Source of the DNA: the human T2T-CHM13v2.0 reference genome, Homo sapiens
Length of the DNA: 64,000 bases
Reading direction: 5' to 3' (one strand)
NCBI RefSeq assembly: GCF_009914755.1
Contig: NC_060932.1
Below the pieces are notes generated by a model. The model searched no databases, was not told the DNA's origin, and saw only the letters and a list, made by a program, of their open reading frames with translations. Shown here piece after piece: positions 40,566-55,073 of the stretch. Within the stretch, counting starts at the first letter, position 1; every line of letters begins with the position of its first letter. The translations under genes were made by a program, and so were the position numbers.

Positions 40566-42627
40566 TGCAGCTACAGTAATTCAAGGCAGTATGGTATGAG
40601 TGAGTGCAAGGATGGACAAACATTTCAGTGTAACCAAACAGAAAGTCCAGAAACAGATCCACCATTATGGTTAATTGATTTTTTACTAATTGGCAAGGTA
40701 ATTTAATGAGGAAAGGATAATTCTTTCAATAAACAGTGTTACAATGACTGGATACTTGTATGGGGGAAAAAAAGAACCCTGATCCATAATTCACAACATA
40801 CATATCAATTCAAGGTAGATCACAAATATAAAAATATAAAGTTTATATAATAGAGCAGAATATCTGAAATCTTGGGGTTAAATTGGAGAGAAAAAATATC
40901 AAACAAAAGAAAAAAATAAATTTGACCTTGTCAAAATTTAAAACTTCTATTCATCAAAAGACATAAAGAAAACAGTCAAGCCACAGACTAGGTGTAATAT
41001 CTCAATACATATATCCGACAAGAGACTTGCATCTAGAATGTATAAAGAATTTCTATGACCCAATTATAGCTATCAGGGATATACAAATTAAAACCAAAAT
41101 GAAACATCACTACACACCGATTGGAATGGTTAAAAAGGAAAAATACTGACAACACCAATATTTGTAAAGACAGGAGGTACCAGAACTCTCATTCATTATA
41201 TTCATAAATTGACAAATATAAAAACTGCTATAGTAGGGCAGTCTTCCTTAGAAAGGGATTGTGGGCATGACAGAGAACAATATTAATCTGTCCATTATAT
41301 TCCTTAACTGTAAAATGGAGACCATATGTTCCACCAGCTTCACTTGGTAATTATGATACATGGCTATTAAGAGACTCAAATGACTCCATTTCATCAACTA
41401 ATATGCCCTGTCAATTCTACTTCTAAAGTATCCCATGTTCTATCCAATGTCATACCACTATCATAATTTAAGTGTTCATAACTCTCTATAATATTTCAAT
41501 AATCTAACTGGTCTCAATGCCTGTAGTAGAAATTGCAGATTGGCTCACCCAATTTCTGTTCCCTAGGAAGGCTGAGAAGCTTTTAAAAAAAGACCTTCAT
41601 TTCCCTAACTCCCTTGCAGCTGGAGTTCCACCTGCAAGCAGCCAGAACTTGGAAGTAAGTTAATTTGGTTCTGGCAAGTAGATGCACTTCCACAAGATTT
41701 GGAAGGTGAGAGTGATGTAGAGGCCAGCCTCTTGTCCCTTCTGTTGCTTCTGTTTACAAGGGAAGTCATGGAAATATGGCCTCCATTCCTCACTGTTCCA
41801 TTTCTCATTCTCTAAACAACTAATCAGTTGTAGTGACTCTTGACTGGAACTCCCTTCTTGCTGGATCACAGGTACATGAATATATTTTTGAACACAGACT
41901 TGAAAATCACTTGTCAATAAAGTTTGAAAAAAGACATTCATTGTTTCTTACCATCTCCCTTTAAGGTAGAAAAAGAAAACAATCTCACCATTTCTACTTT
42001 ATAAGTAGGAAAACTAGGACTCTAAATAAGCTCAAAACAGACACCCACCCAGCTCAGTAAGACCACCAAAAAGGGGTACAGGTCTTTCCATTCTGGTGAA
42101 AACTAAACCCATGTTTGATGAAGTCTCCACATGGTCTTCAGTTTCTAGTACTAGAATAACATGTAGGTGACATCTGCACCACTGAAGCCATTTTGTTTGG
42201 ATCACCAGAGTTTAGGTAAGACTACAGCATAATGGAAAAGAAAAAATATTAAAAACATTATATTGATATTCCTATAATTTTTAATCTACTAAGTAAAAAA
42301 GCAAGGTGTAGAACACTGCATATGTTATGCTATCATTTGTGTAGGAAATTATTTAAAAATAGGAATTTGAATAGGACTCAAAAATCCCTGGAAAGATTCA
42401 TAAGAAATGAGTATCATGAATTTTTTTCTGAGGGGAACCAAGTAGCTAGGACAATGGTGGAAGGGTGACTTTAGTCTTTACCTTACGTACATTTAGAATT
42501 TTGAACTGTGACTATATTAACTATTTAATAAACAAAACACATTTAAAAATGAAAAAAAGATGCAATGACAAAGCCTGAAAACAGAACAAACAATTGTTAC
42601 ATACAAAAGAATCAAAGTTTTGTGCAT

Positions 42628-42633
42628 TTTATT
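42628..42633 (-). terminator. NBN: NBN proximal poly(A) signal
   Basis: tttatt ~130 nt past the stop; followed on the minus strand by T/GT-rich ttcttttgtatgtaacaattgtttgttctgtttt. Confidence 0.75.
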
Positions 42634-42762
42634 TAATAAATTTAGGCCATAAAACATTGTAACTTAAATCGCTTCTATACACTATATATTCATATAACCT
42701 TGTTGGCCTGAAGTAGATGCTTACTAGGAAGTTTTTCCATGGCTTCTTTTTAAAATCCTCAG

Positions 42763-42793
42763 TTATCTTCTCCTTTTTAAATAAGGATTGTAT
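42763..42793 (-). CDS. NBN: NBN last coding exon (exon 16): (R)YNPYLKRRR*
   Basis: tttgcag|ATACAATCC...AGATAA, 31 nt; recognised nibrin C-terminus. Confidence 0.96.
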
Positions 42794-43269
42794 CTGCAAA
42801 GAAAGAAATGGGGTTAAATGATATTTAGATAAGGGATGGTATTTCTTTTAAAGGTAAAGAACTTTCAAACTGTAGTCACACTTTGGCAAATAGGATGGGA
42901 ATGACAATTTTGTCCTTAGGATCAGATACTAAGCACTGACATTTTTATTTTCATGTATCCCTTTGATGTTGCTTTGATGAAAATATGGTAAAAACAAAAA
43001 AAAAATCAACAATAACAAAAATCCTTTAAAGCTTTAAAATAATTAATGAAAACAGTTTAAAAATGAAGGTATGTTTACACTTCTTTCTGTATGGCTTCAA
43101 AGATCCCCATTCCTCCCCATAATAAAAGCATATCATTTGCACAAAAGAGCATAATCTACTTAAATGTAATTAGCACTTTACAACATTTTCTCCTACAGCA
43201 GTTAAACAAATATGGCTGAACAACCCATCTCATTTGACTAATGAAAAACCAGTATTGTCTGTCAACACT

Positions 43270-43537
43270 TTTTTTTTTTTTTTTTTTTGAGATGGAGTCT
43301 CTCTCTGGAGTGCAGTGGCGCGATCTTGGCTCACGCAGCCTCCGCCTCCTGGGTTCAAGCGATTCTCCTGCCTCAGCCTCCTGAGTAGCTGGGATTACAG
43401 GTGCATGCCACCACGCCTGGCTAATTTTTGTATTTTTAGTAGAGACGGGGTTTCTCCATGCTGGCCAGGCTAGTGTTGAACTCCTGACCTCGTAATCCGC
43501 CCACCTCAGCCTCCCAAAGTGCTAGGATTACCCGGCC
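43270..43537 (-). mobile_element. AluS
   Basis: T tail plus Alu body; TSD tgtctgtcaaca / tgtttgtcaaca. Confidence 0.9.
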
Positions 43538-44206
43538 TGTTTGTCAACATTTTTACCAGCAATTTATACTGTCAGTTATGAAATTAGAGAATCAATCTAA
43601 TTGGCTGCAAAACAGACTCAAAAATAATTTCTTCATTCTGTCTTCTCCCCTGATATCTACCTATAATATAGTATTTTATTAGTATTTCAGAGGCAATTAT
43701 TATAATAGGTTTGTTAGGCCTGCAGGAATGCTGAAAATGTATTAAATCAGAATTAAATTATAATCACAAAGTACAACTCTAAAACCTCCCACAAAAACCT
43801 GCTTTGAAACTTTAATCTAGCCTTTTGTTTTTATGCATGTGCCAATAAAAACTAAACAAATGGTCTGGCATTTTACTTGTCTTAATTCAAAACTCAATCG
43901 TAATTCTACTCAGAGCTGAAAAATCTCACAAATCTATACAACAATTTCACACAATTCGGGAACCGTCTTTTTGCCTGAATGCCCCCATACAAATTTTAAG
44001 TATCTTATAACTTAACCCCAAACCTCGATGCTATAGCCAATAAACCCAATTGAGAGGTGCTTAAGTAATAAAAATAAACACTTGTGTTAGGTGAAGGGAC
44101 TAGGTGTCTATGAGGACAGAAGAAACAAATTCTTAATTTCTATGAACAGAACTAAATTTTATATACATCTCTCAAAGGTACATGAGAAAGGTGAATCAAA
44201 CTTTAC

Positions 44207-44256
44207 CTAAAAAGATCATCAGCAAGAGACTCTTCTTTTGCATGTTGATTTTGTAC
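44207..44256 (-). CDS. NBN: NBN exon 15: VQNQHAKEESLADDLF(R), ATM-binding motif
   Basis: ttttgacag| ... AG|gtaaag, 50 nt. Confidence 0.96.
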
Positions 44257-45391
44257 CTGTCAAAATTAACATAATTTCAAACATTTGCTCAGTGGTGAAT
44301 ATATAGTTAATGAATTGCTATAGTGATAGGTCACTGTCATCTTAGAGATTTCCACATCCTGGAGGTCACCACATCTGAGTTCTTGCCTCTACAATATTTC
44401 ATTCAACTGATCCTCTATATTTTCAATCCATGCTAAGATTATTACAAAAGAGCTCTAACTAAACAGCTTTCTCCCACCCATCTCCACTCAAAGACAACCA
44501 ATAGTATATTGCTAGCTTGCTGAGTTTTTAAACACTCTTTCCAGCAAAACCCTTTTACTAAATGAGATTTCAGTGCTTGGGGGTCAGACCACTGATGAGA
44601 CTAAGAGGGCAACATTTACCCCACCTTCAACTAGAGCAGCTCCACAGTTAAAGAGGCTCCTGTGTTCTTGGTCCCACATCAGGGCTTAGAAGCTGCTGCT
44701 AAATTACCTCTCCTCTGAAGTCCTTTTAAATACAAACTCACTAAACTTCTACAGCACCTTACAGAGTCAGAATCAAAAACTCCCTGTGCTGAGTGCATCT
44801 TCCTAAAGTCTAGCTATGCCCTTATCATATGCAATTTGAAACCCTTCGTGACTTCTCCCACCTACCAAGGAAAACACAAGCCCTTGCATTTGACCCGCTG
44901 AAATGTGCAAGGCTCTTCATAACCTGGTTCCATTTTACTTTCCTAATCACTTCTCAGCCTCCTCTTCGTGGACTCTGTATGCCGGTTAAAACTGAATCAC
45001 ACAAAAAAGAAAAAAGCAAAACCAAAACAAAACCCCAGAATCATCTCCTAATAAATATCCTGTGACCCTCTATCTGCTTTTGTTCATATTTCTCCCTCTG
45101 CCAAGGAAGTTAATTCCTTTTTTTCCCTCTTCCCACATGTAACCATCTTTAAAGGTACATTCATTCAATACTTATTTAGTGCCTACTATGTTTCAAGGAA
45201 CATGTTCTTCCCCTCTTTAGCAAAGGCTTCCTGATCCCCTTCTTCTAAAAATAATGCCTGCTGTGAAGAACTCTCCCAAAACTTCAGCTACAGAATTCCC
45301 AGGATGCTTATCAATTTCTACCTTCTGTTATAATTATTTATATTTGTACCCTATCCTCTCTAAAAGACCAGAAGTTCCTTAAATACAGATA

Positions 45392-45572
45392 GAGTAAGTC
45401 CTGACTTAATGTTTTTGATATTTCTTGGAAACTGCAACTGTAAGTGAGATGACATACAGCAGTTCCTTGAATCATGTTGTTTTGTTGTAATAATGAGAAA
45501 AAATATTGGTTATGTAATTTTGCTTAAAGTTGCAGTTTCCAAAAACCTACTGACAATGTTAAGGACTTACTG
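45392..45572. mobile_element. MER6B-like Tigger MITE with long terminal inverted repeats
   Basis: agtaagtcct...ttggaaactgcaact pairs with agttgcagtttccaa...aggacttact. Confidence 0.8.
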
Positions 45573-45628
45573 TGTTTATTTTTACTGTTACTAATTTACA
45601 TTTGAATGCTTCCAGATACTATCTTAAA

Positions 45629-45672
45629 CTCTCTCTCTCTCTCTATATGTGTGTGTGTGTATATATATATAT
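45629..45672. repeat. Compound (CT)n(AT)n(GT)n(AT)n microsatellite inside a MIR-like remnant
   Basis: ctctctctctctctctatatgtgtgtgtgtgtatatatatatat read directly. Confidence 0.9.
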
Positions 45673-47254
45673 GAAATCTCACTTAATCTTCATGTAACTT
45701 CATTACTATTATACTATTATCTCAGTTTTAACCAATGAGGTAACAGAGACTTAGGTTAGGTAAACCTGCAGAAGATAGGGGAACTCAGATGGAATAGCTG
45801 GGATTTGACCAGGTCTACCTTATTAAGAGCACCAGCTCTTAACGAGGCTGCCTCAGGGCTTCTGAATCTCTAGAGCAAGCCTACAAGAGTGACTTGCAGG
45901 GATTCGATCTTACAGACTGATTTTTCTATCATATAGTGAAACAAAATTACATCTTATCTTTTCATATTTTCTAATAGGGATAGCAAAACATAAATGGGAA
46001 GACATCATTTTAATAAAACAGCTGTCAAAATAACTACTGGCAACATTTTTCTAAACATTCTTAGAGGTTGCCTGGGGAATAAAGTTGTAGCATAGTAAGG
46101 AAAAACCACTGAGGAGAAAGCAGTTTTATTTCATATATTTCAGTAAAAACATATAAAATAGTATTAAGAAACAGAAATGCCTCATATTACTGGCATTTTT
46201 CAGAGGTCTGAGATAACTACTACTCACAGTCTTTCAAATTCAAATCAGGTTGGATACAGTTCAAATAATTTTTATGTTTGATGTACACAATGAAAATATC
46301 CTAAATTCAAGGGAACTTCAGGAACTGACGCAGTGATTATGAAAATCAAGACTGGTGGGTCTGCAGCAGAGGTAGAGAAAGAAGGGATGAAAAAGAAAAA
46401 TAGGGAGGGAATATAGAAAAAGAATAGCTGCAGCAAACAGGGAAATGAGATGGCAGTACAGAACATTTACATAAATAAGCAGTAGCCATGCAGCAAAAGC
46501 AAGTCAAGTCTGTTATAGAGTAAGTCCTACCAATAGCAACTAAAATGATTCTAGCAAAAAGAGAAGTGATTTGGTGAAATCATCTAGAACACAGTCCATC
46601 TAATTCCTAATGAAATAAGCAAAAAAAAAATAGAAAAAAGTCAGCAGCTGTATGATGTATCATCATTCTCTCAACTTCTCCCATCTAAAATTAATCAAAC
46701 AAAACTCGACAGTGTTAATTAATCAAGGAGAAGAGTTTAAGCCATGCCATACGCTTAAAAAGTGCAGCTGTAAAAAGAACCAAATGATTCTGATGCAGCT
46801 GATTCCTAATACTGTCTCAATCCATTAAAAGTGCTACACAACTGGTCAAACCTGAGGATTCTTACTAATGCCCCAAATTTGGGGAAAAGGTAACCTGAAC
46901 AGGGAAAACAACTGCCAGTGGGCTGCTGGGAAGGGACTAATGGTGTAGAAGGTAAAGAAGCAGGGCTGACACTGACCAAACACATAGGCTCCAAGGATCC
47001 CTAACAAATTAGGTAAACAACCTAATAATGCTAGGTTATTCTCTTTTATATAGGGCACACTCCCTGGTATAGGACATTTAATTAAAATCCCAGGAGACAG
47101 CTAGCCCAAGCTGCACACAGCTCCAGCTGAGCCTTTCCTCTCCCAGATTCAATGTCTTCAGACAACAGAAACTAGATGGGATATGCCATGTGCCACTGAC
47201 TGTTTCAGCATAATGCCATACTGACAGTGAGGCATGAGGGAATTCTGTTCTTTA

Positions 47255-47602
47255 ATTTTTATTTTATTTATTATTATTATTTTTGAGATGTGGCCTTGCT
47301 CTGTCACCAAGGCTGAAGTGCAGGGGCTCAATCATGGCTCACTGCAACCTTAACCTCCCAGGCTCAAGCAATCTTCCCACCTCAGCCTCCTGAGTAGCTG
47401 GGACTATGGGCACATGCACTACCATGACCCGCTAATTTGTTGTGTTTTTTTGTTTGTTTGTTTAATTTTCATTTATTTATTTTTTTGTAGAGACAGGGTC
47501 TCAAGATGTTGTGCAGGCTACTCTTAACTCCCGGGTTCAAGTGATCCTCCTGCTCCCAAAGTGCTGGGGTTATAGTCATGAGCCACACCATTGTGCCTGG
47601 CT
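47255..47602 (-). mobile_element. AluJ
   Basis: Alu body with expanded middle T-rich linker; TSD gaattctgttctt on both sides. Confidence 0.9.
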
Positions 47603-50421
47603 GAATTCTGTTCTTATGGGCAAGACAAGAATGTTAGAAGTAATTTTGATTATACTGAATTTCTGTCTCACAAACTGGCTTCTGAATGTAATCCCTGCAT
47701 GAGATGGCATATGATCCTTTATGTAGCAAACAGAATATCTGGAAAAGACATTTCCCTTTACTCAAGTGAAGGCAAAAAACAGAAAAGCTACTCCATCTAC
47801 TAGAGGAAAAAAAAAAAAAGGGATATTGGAACAGAACATGCAAAAAACAGATAAAGAACCTAATCTGCAGGAAATAATAATCCACGAATAAAAAGTAAAA
47901 TAGAAACATGAAAGCAATGAAATAATGACAAAAAATCAGATAATAGAACAATGAAATGAAAAAAGAACAAATGCTAAGTAAAAGAACCATAATAACAGCC
48001 TTTCAGAATTAAATTAGAAATAGCTAACACTTCCCACTGTTATAAATGATTTATATGTAGTATCTGATTTAATCCTCATATGTCTGTGAAATAAAGGTAC
48101 TATTATTATTCTCATTCTGCACAGATGGAAGCAGAGACATTAAGTAATTTGCCTAAGGTCACATACTTGGTGAGAAACATTATAGACACACCTGAAATGT
48201 AAAATTTTGATACAGTGAAAGAGCCTAAGAAAACCACAGTGAATGCAGAAAAAATAGATGTGGACGACAAAGGTAATCCAATGAAAGGATAGTTATGTCT
48301 TAAATGTCTTATAGAGAGCCCAGCAAATATAAAATATTTAAAATATATAATAGAAAAAAGTTCCTTGAGAAAGAGAATTACACCTGCAAATCAAAACAGC
48401 ATACTATATGTCAGGAAAAACTAATGGAGAATGATCAACACTGAGATGTATTCTGAGTGTTACTGGCTTTCGAGCTTAAGAAAGATGACTGGTCATGCAT
48501 GCAAGTCACCTAAAAAGGGAAAAACAGGACTGGCATAAGGTAAGGGAGGCTAGGTGGGAGGAAGTACTAATAATGTCCTCACTTTTCACTGTAGCGAGCC
48601 AACAAATAATTGTATGTGAAGTTAATATGAAGTTTAAAACTACCCATTCCGACTTACAGTGATTTTTATAGTTTTCCTCCTTAATATTAGACAGATCTCA
48701 CAAAATAAAATATCTTGGAGGGAAGAAACATTTATAGAAATTCAGCAATGCCTTCAGTTTAACTTCCTCCTATCAATGTCTCTCTCTTCCTTCCCAGTCT
48801 GTCCCTGCCTCTCACTACTCCTCAATGAAGAGATGTCTGGAATATTGTTCACTTAACTGTTTAAATAGGTAATTTCTGGGCTTTAGGTTTTCACATCTTC
48901 ATTCTTTGTGTACTGCCATAATTCTGTGGAATGCACATGTTACAAAATAAGCCAATTATTCTTTCAAAAAAGAAAAGGAGAAAGGATGTGATTTCCATTC
49001 TTTCATTTTTTAAAAATAAGTATCCTGAGTGACCTTAACAACTCTACTTTCATAAGTGACTTTCCTAAATAACCCTTATTTTAAAATAACTGAGAAAAAA
49101 GCACTTTTAAAAGTGAATTACACTATACCCACTATAAAGCAAAATAAGGAACCCTGAGAGGTTAGCAAGGACCACAGTCAGCTTTTGCCTTGCCCTATGA
49201 GTATCTGCAAGTCATGAAAAACCTGAACTCTGCTTTAATGTCTATACGGGGTATGAGTGATACGAAAGAAAACCCAAGATGTTGACTTTAATAAAAGACC
49301 CAGCACTAAAAGAAGAAAGAGAAATAAACCTTACAACACAGAAGGAGCTAGGAAAGAAACTTGCCCATCTTCATTCTGGCACTTAGTGAAGGAAATAAAT
49401 AAAAATCTCATTTGAAGTTTCTAATGATAAGCCAGCCTTCATTCACTCCAGCTTCTGGTCCAAATATTAATACATACTAACTGTCTGGGTGATTCAAAGA
49501 ATCACAAGGAGAGATTTTAATTTGAAGTGGTCTCATATTGGTAGAAGACTCGAAGATAGAAAACGTATCTTTTCTAGAGGAAATACATCTGAACTTAATA
49601 CTCAAGAAAACCCTACAGATCGAGTTACAAAGAAAACAATCAGCTCATATTCAAAAATCACAAAGCACAAACTTGAAAACAAGGTACATAAGAGCAGAAA
49701 ACAGATCAAACATTTTAGGTAATGGTATCATTAGGCAAATAATATAAAAGGGGAAGCTTGAAAAACAGCAAGGAACAAGAAGATTTAGAAAGAAATAAAA
49801 CAGACTTCCAGTAATGAAAAAATAAATGAACGGATGCAATGCCAACTAGAGTTGAAGACAGTAGTAGTAAATCGGAAGATGATCTGCAGCAGTTGCCAAA
49901 AATATAACCCAGGGAAACAAAGAAATGAAATACACAGGAAAGACAAATGGAAAAGAAAATTTAACTTACGTTAAGTTGGAATTCCAGAAGGAGATAATGG
50001 GGAAAACAGTAAAAAGGTAACTAATATTCAAGAGAATGAATAAGAAATTTTCAGAATTGTTAAAACACAATCCCCAGATTTAAAAAGGCCAGTCCCTTGA
50101 CATACATTTAAGTGATATATTTGTAATATCCTCCACATTCTTTTAGTTTCCCTTAAATTTTTGTGGCTTTTATCTCCCCCTTTTCATTAGGATGTAAACT
50201 GAATTTCTTAGGTCTCACCTTTTTTTTTTTTTTTAACAAAAATAAATTTAGTATTCTTTTAAAGAAGTGTTATGGAAGGGTATAGATTAATGCTCTGTAA
50301 CTCAGGAATGCTCCTGAATGAATGACTTTATGTCACTTATTTTAATTTGGTTTTAAGAAGAATTTGCTTGAAGGCCACCATAATGGACCAAAGTGCAATT
50401 TAAGCAAGTTTCTGGGCCTCA

Positions 50422-50547
<126 letters not shown>

Positions 50548-51269
50548 CTATTGAATAATAAAAGTAGTACAGTAAATCATATTAACAAACAAAAATGACC
50601 ATTTTTTTAAAAAGATTAAAAAGCAAAGATGGTAAATCATGCATAAGTGCCAAAGATGTTTATATTCTACAAATAAAAGTGAGAGCAGTAACTCTGTTCT
50701 AAACCCATCTGTTTTTGCCCTTCTTTTATAGCTATTACTATATACAGATCTGGACATGTCATGGGATTTATGTATTAAAAATAATTTAACACTTTTCATT
50801 TGGAGTTTTTATTTTAAAATGGCCTTACCTTATCATTTAACAATTAAAGCAACTCAAGATGAACACAAACACTACAATTCAAAGCACTGTATTTTGTTCT
50901 AATGACTTCAAAGCTTAAGCCCTTTCTAATATTGATGAAAATTTAAATCTTTTTCAAAACTTTCCAGTTCACAGAGTCCAAGCAGGAGATGTTGGGGATG
51001 CCAACAATTTATACTTCTAATTGATATTTTAATTGTTTACTAGTAAAGAGGTGCTTTAAGAAAAGAAAATTCCATGTGAAAATGCCCATCAAGATCATTG
51101 TTAATACTTGTTATTAGTTAATAACATTGTTAATAGTAACAGTTCCTTAATATTTGTAACATGCTTTTAAAATTCCAATATATGAAGTAGAAAGAGAATT
51201 TTAAATTTATTTTCACCCCTAAGCAGTATTTTAAAAGTTTAAAAAACGCTATGTCATTGATTTGGAGGG

Positions 51270-52060
51270 TTTTTTGTTTGTTTTGAGACAGGGTCTCACT
51301 CTGTCACCTAGGCTGGAGAGTGCAGTGTGAGGAGAGAGAAAATCACCTGGTGACCATGGAACAGGCCCCAGAGACAAAACTTCTTCTCTAAGCAATTTAG
51401 AAGGGGGCAAAGACCAACCGGTGACCATCAAACAGGCTAACTGGAGGCAAAACTCCTTATCTGGGTAATTTAGAAGTAATCAAACTTCCCTAGTATCTAA
51501 AGTCGGCTTCTGATTCCAGGCCTCTTTCAACTTTTATAAGTAACTAAAATTTTTATACATCTCTGGAATGCCATGGTGAAACTCATTTTACAATCCCAAG
51601 CTCCCACCTTAAGGTCCATAAATGCTCCTAAGGACAATCCGCCACAGTGTGCTCAGTCCTCTCGCTGAGGCACCCCTCTGCATTCTTCTGCAGTGTTCTT
51701 CCTTTCTAATAAACTTTCCTTTTCCAAATCTATACTGTTGTCGGTAAATTCTTTTCACCAACCCGCAAGTTGACCACTTCCTGGTGCTGGGGCTCTGATA
51801 CCTGGCCCGGCACAGTGGTGTAATCTTGGCTCACTGCAACCTCCGCCTCCTGGGCTCAAATGATCCTTCAACTTCAGCCTCCTGAGTACCTGGGACTACA
51901 GGCAGACATCACCATGCCTAGCTAATTTTTATATATTTTTTTGTAGAGTTAGGGTTTCACCATATTGCCCAGGCTGGTCTCGAACTCCTGGGTTCAAGCC
52001 ATCCACCTGCCTTGGCCTCCCAAAGTGCTGACATTACAGGTGTGAGCGACCAGGCCCAGC
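51270..52060 (-). mobile_element. AluJ split by a solo LTR
   Basis: gagacagggtctcactctgtcacctaggctggagagtgcagtg, then the LTR, then cagtggtgtaatcttggctcactgc...; Alu TSD tgatttggag on both sides. Confidence 0.9.
51328..51812 (+). mobile_element. Intact 485-bp ERV1 solo LTR (LTR15-like)
   Basis: TG...CA ends; perfect 5-bp TSD cagtg (51323-51327, 51813-51817); cataaat 51617-51623; AATAAA 51708-51713. Confidence 0.88.
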
Positions 52061-53284
52061 ATGATTTGGAGATGTAAAGAACTCAGACAAATTCCTGCAT
52101 TAATATCAATCCAGTTAAACATCTTCCTATAGAAATTTTGGATTGGATTTCTTCTGTAGTTTCAGAACAGATTACTTGGTTAAGGATAGCAGTATTTTTA
52201 AACATTTTAAGTATTTCCAAACCACTTTCCAGAGATTCATATTACTTCATACTTCTTCAGTTGTTAATAAACCACTCTGTGCCAGTAGTAAACATTACTG
52301 CTGTTTCTTTGTAAAACTATAAAAAAAGTCTTTTGAATTTTGATTTAATGAGATCTTATAACACAATATTAAACATGAAGTAACCATGCAGTAAGAATGC
52401 CTTTGTGCTATTCATGAGCCTCAGATATAGGGTGAGAAAAAGTGGTGTTAAACAAAAAGGTATAGTGGTGCCATTTAAGTGGAAGATATTTCCATCTTCT
52501 GCTCTAAGTAGAAGAGATTCTTCCCATCAAATGGAGTTCAGAACCCTTTAGGTACTATTACAGAAGGCAAAAAACTAATTTAACTGTGAAATGTTAATAG
52601 TAAATGCTCACAGTAGAGAGAAAAATCTCTACTACCTCACAGTCATGGCAAGATCATGTTATAGAGGAAAGCAGTTCTCCACAAAAATTACTTTTGAGTA
52701 ATTACTATACTCTGATCAAATGGATAAGTAAAGGCTAGCAGTCAGAAGTAGGTCTGGAGCAAGAAGCAAATGTAAGACAACAAAAGAATACCTACTGGAT
52801 AGAAGTCTTTTTTTAACCATTACTGATAAAATAAGTATCAGTTCCTTAATGAGCAGAAACTCAGGTCTGATGATCATACTCAGCATATATATTTATATTG
52901 TGTTTTATATGTAAATATAGACTATAGTTTGAATTACTGAATATGCTTAGTTATTTTAAATACATTTTAATCTTCATAAAGTCCTGAGCTAAAGAACCTC
53001 CTCAAGTAGTTGTAGACCAATATTAGACTAACAGAGAAGATCCTGTGATTATCAACAAAAACTTCCTGCTTAAGGTAGAGAAAACCAGGTAAACAGCAAC
53101 CTCTAAAGAATTCAATCTTGATGAAATCTATTTCATTCTAGGTGTTCAATATATTCATTAACTGTAAGTTCATATCCTTCCTAGAGGAATTTTTTAAAGC
53201 ATTTTAAGCAGAAGAAGTATCAGTTTTCAACATAAACTGCTTTTATCTTTGTTTAGCATCACTGGTATCTCTAAAAACATTTCA

Positions 53285-53530
<246 letters not shown>

Positions 53531-54524
53531 TCACTTGTCATTTGGGAATCTATAGAAAAAAGTTCAAATACCTGAAAAAATAGTAAAAATGTTTTATTTC
53601 TTGTACCTGAACTTTGTATTTGGAATCAAATTGTAGCTAATTCAAGATAAGAAAATTACTTACTCAAATGCTCTATAAACTTTGGAAACATTTATAACAT
53701 ACTCATCTGTGACAGAAGGCTAAAAACTGTGAAGCATTTTTAACCTAGTAGTTATTCTAATAAATATCATCTCAGTAAACAATTTACCTCCAGATATATA
53801 TCTTATTGACACAAAATCTCAGCACTGTTTGCTTTTCATTAAAATTGTACACTGAGATTATAATATATCCTGTTCTACAGGTCCTCATCTACTTTTCTTA
53901 AACTTTTGGGATTCTCAAGAGTTTGTATCTTTTATTATTCTTAACACCTCAAAAAAGTCAATCATCAGTTCTGGACATACTATCTCATTAATTGACAAGC
54001 CATTTTTAATTCAAGATTAATAGCTGTTAAATTTGCCTCAAGAGTCCTTCCTGTTATCTTTCAATTGCTGGATGAGATTCTTGGCTTCGTGTCATTTACT
54101 ATTAACTAGTCAGTTACACATCAACATTATTACAGCTGCTTAAGGTTGACATCTTAGTTCTTTTAACTGCTGTAACTACATAATTAATATGCAAGTTGCT
54201 AATAGGTCTAAGATAAAAGCAGTCAAAAAGAAAAAAAAAGGGGAAAGTCAGAAAAAAAGGTTCATCTGATAGTGACAGAATGTAATCAGCACATTATTAA
54301 GAACAGCCTAAACTTTTAGAGTTTACAAATATTTCCCATCCATTACTCTTATCTGATATAAATCCTGCTAGAAAAGCATCAACCTCATTTTATAGAGTAT
54401 TTGAGGTTCTTAAATGTGAAAATGACTTGTTCAAGGCCACATACCTAAGGAGCAGAAGGCAGGGAATTACACCCTGGCTTCTCTCTATACTCTTTTCACT
54501 GCATCATGGTTATAATACGATCTA

Positions 54525-54857
<333 letters not shown>

Positions 54858-54923
54858 CATGATCAATCCATTTCAAGGCACAATCATGAAGTAAGCCATA
54901 ATTAGGAAAGAGAAATAATCCTA

Positions 54924-55073
<150 letters not shown>

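Noticed and set aside
47634-47990. 118-aa hydrophobic ORF resembling a membrane protein
   Set aside because: F/L/I richness comes from the reverse strand of an A-rich, L1-like tract.
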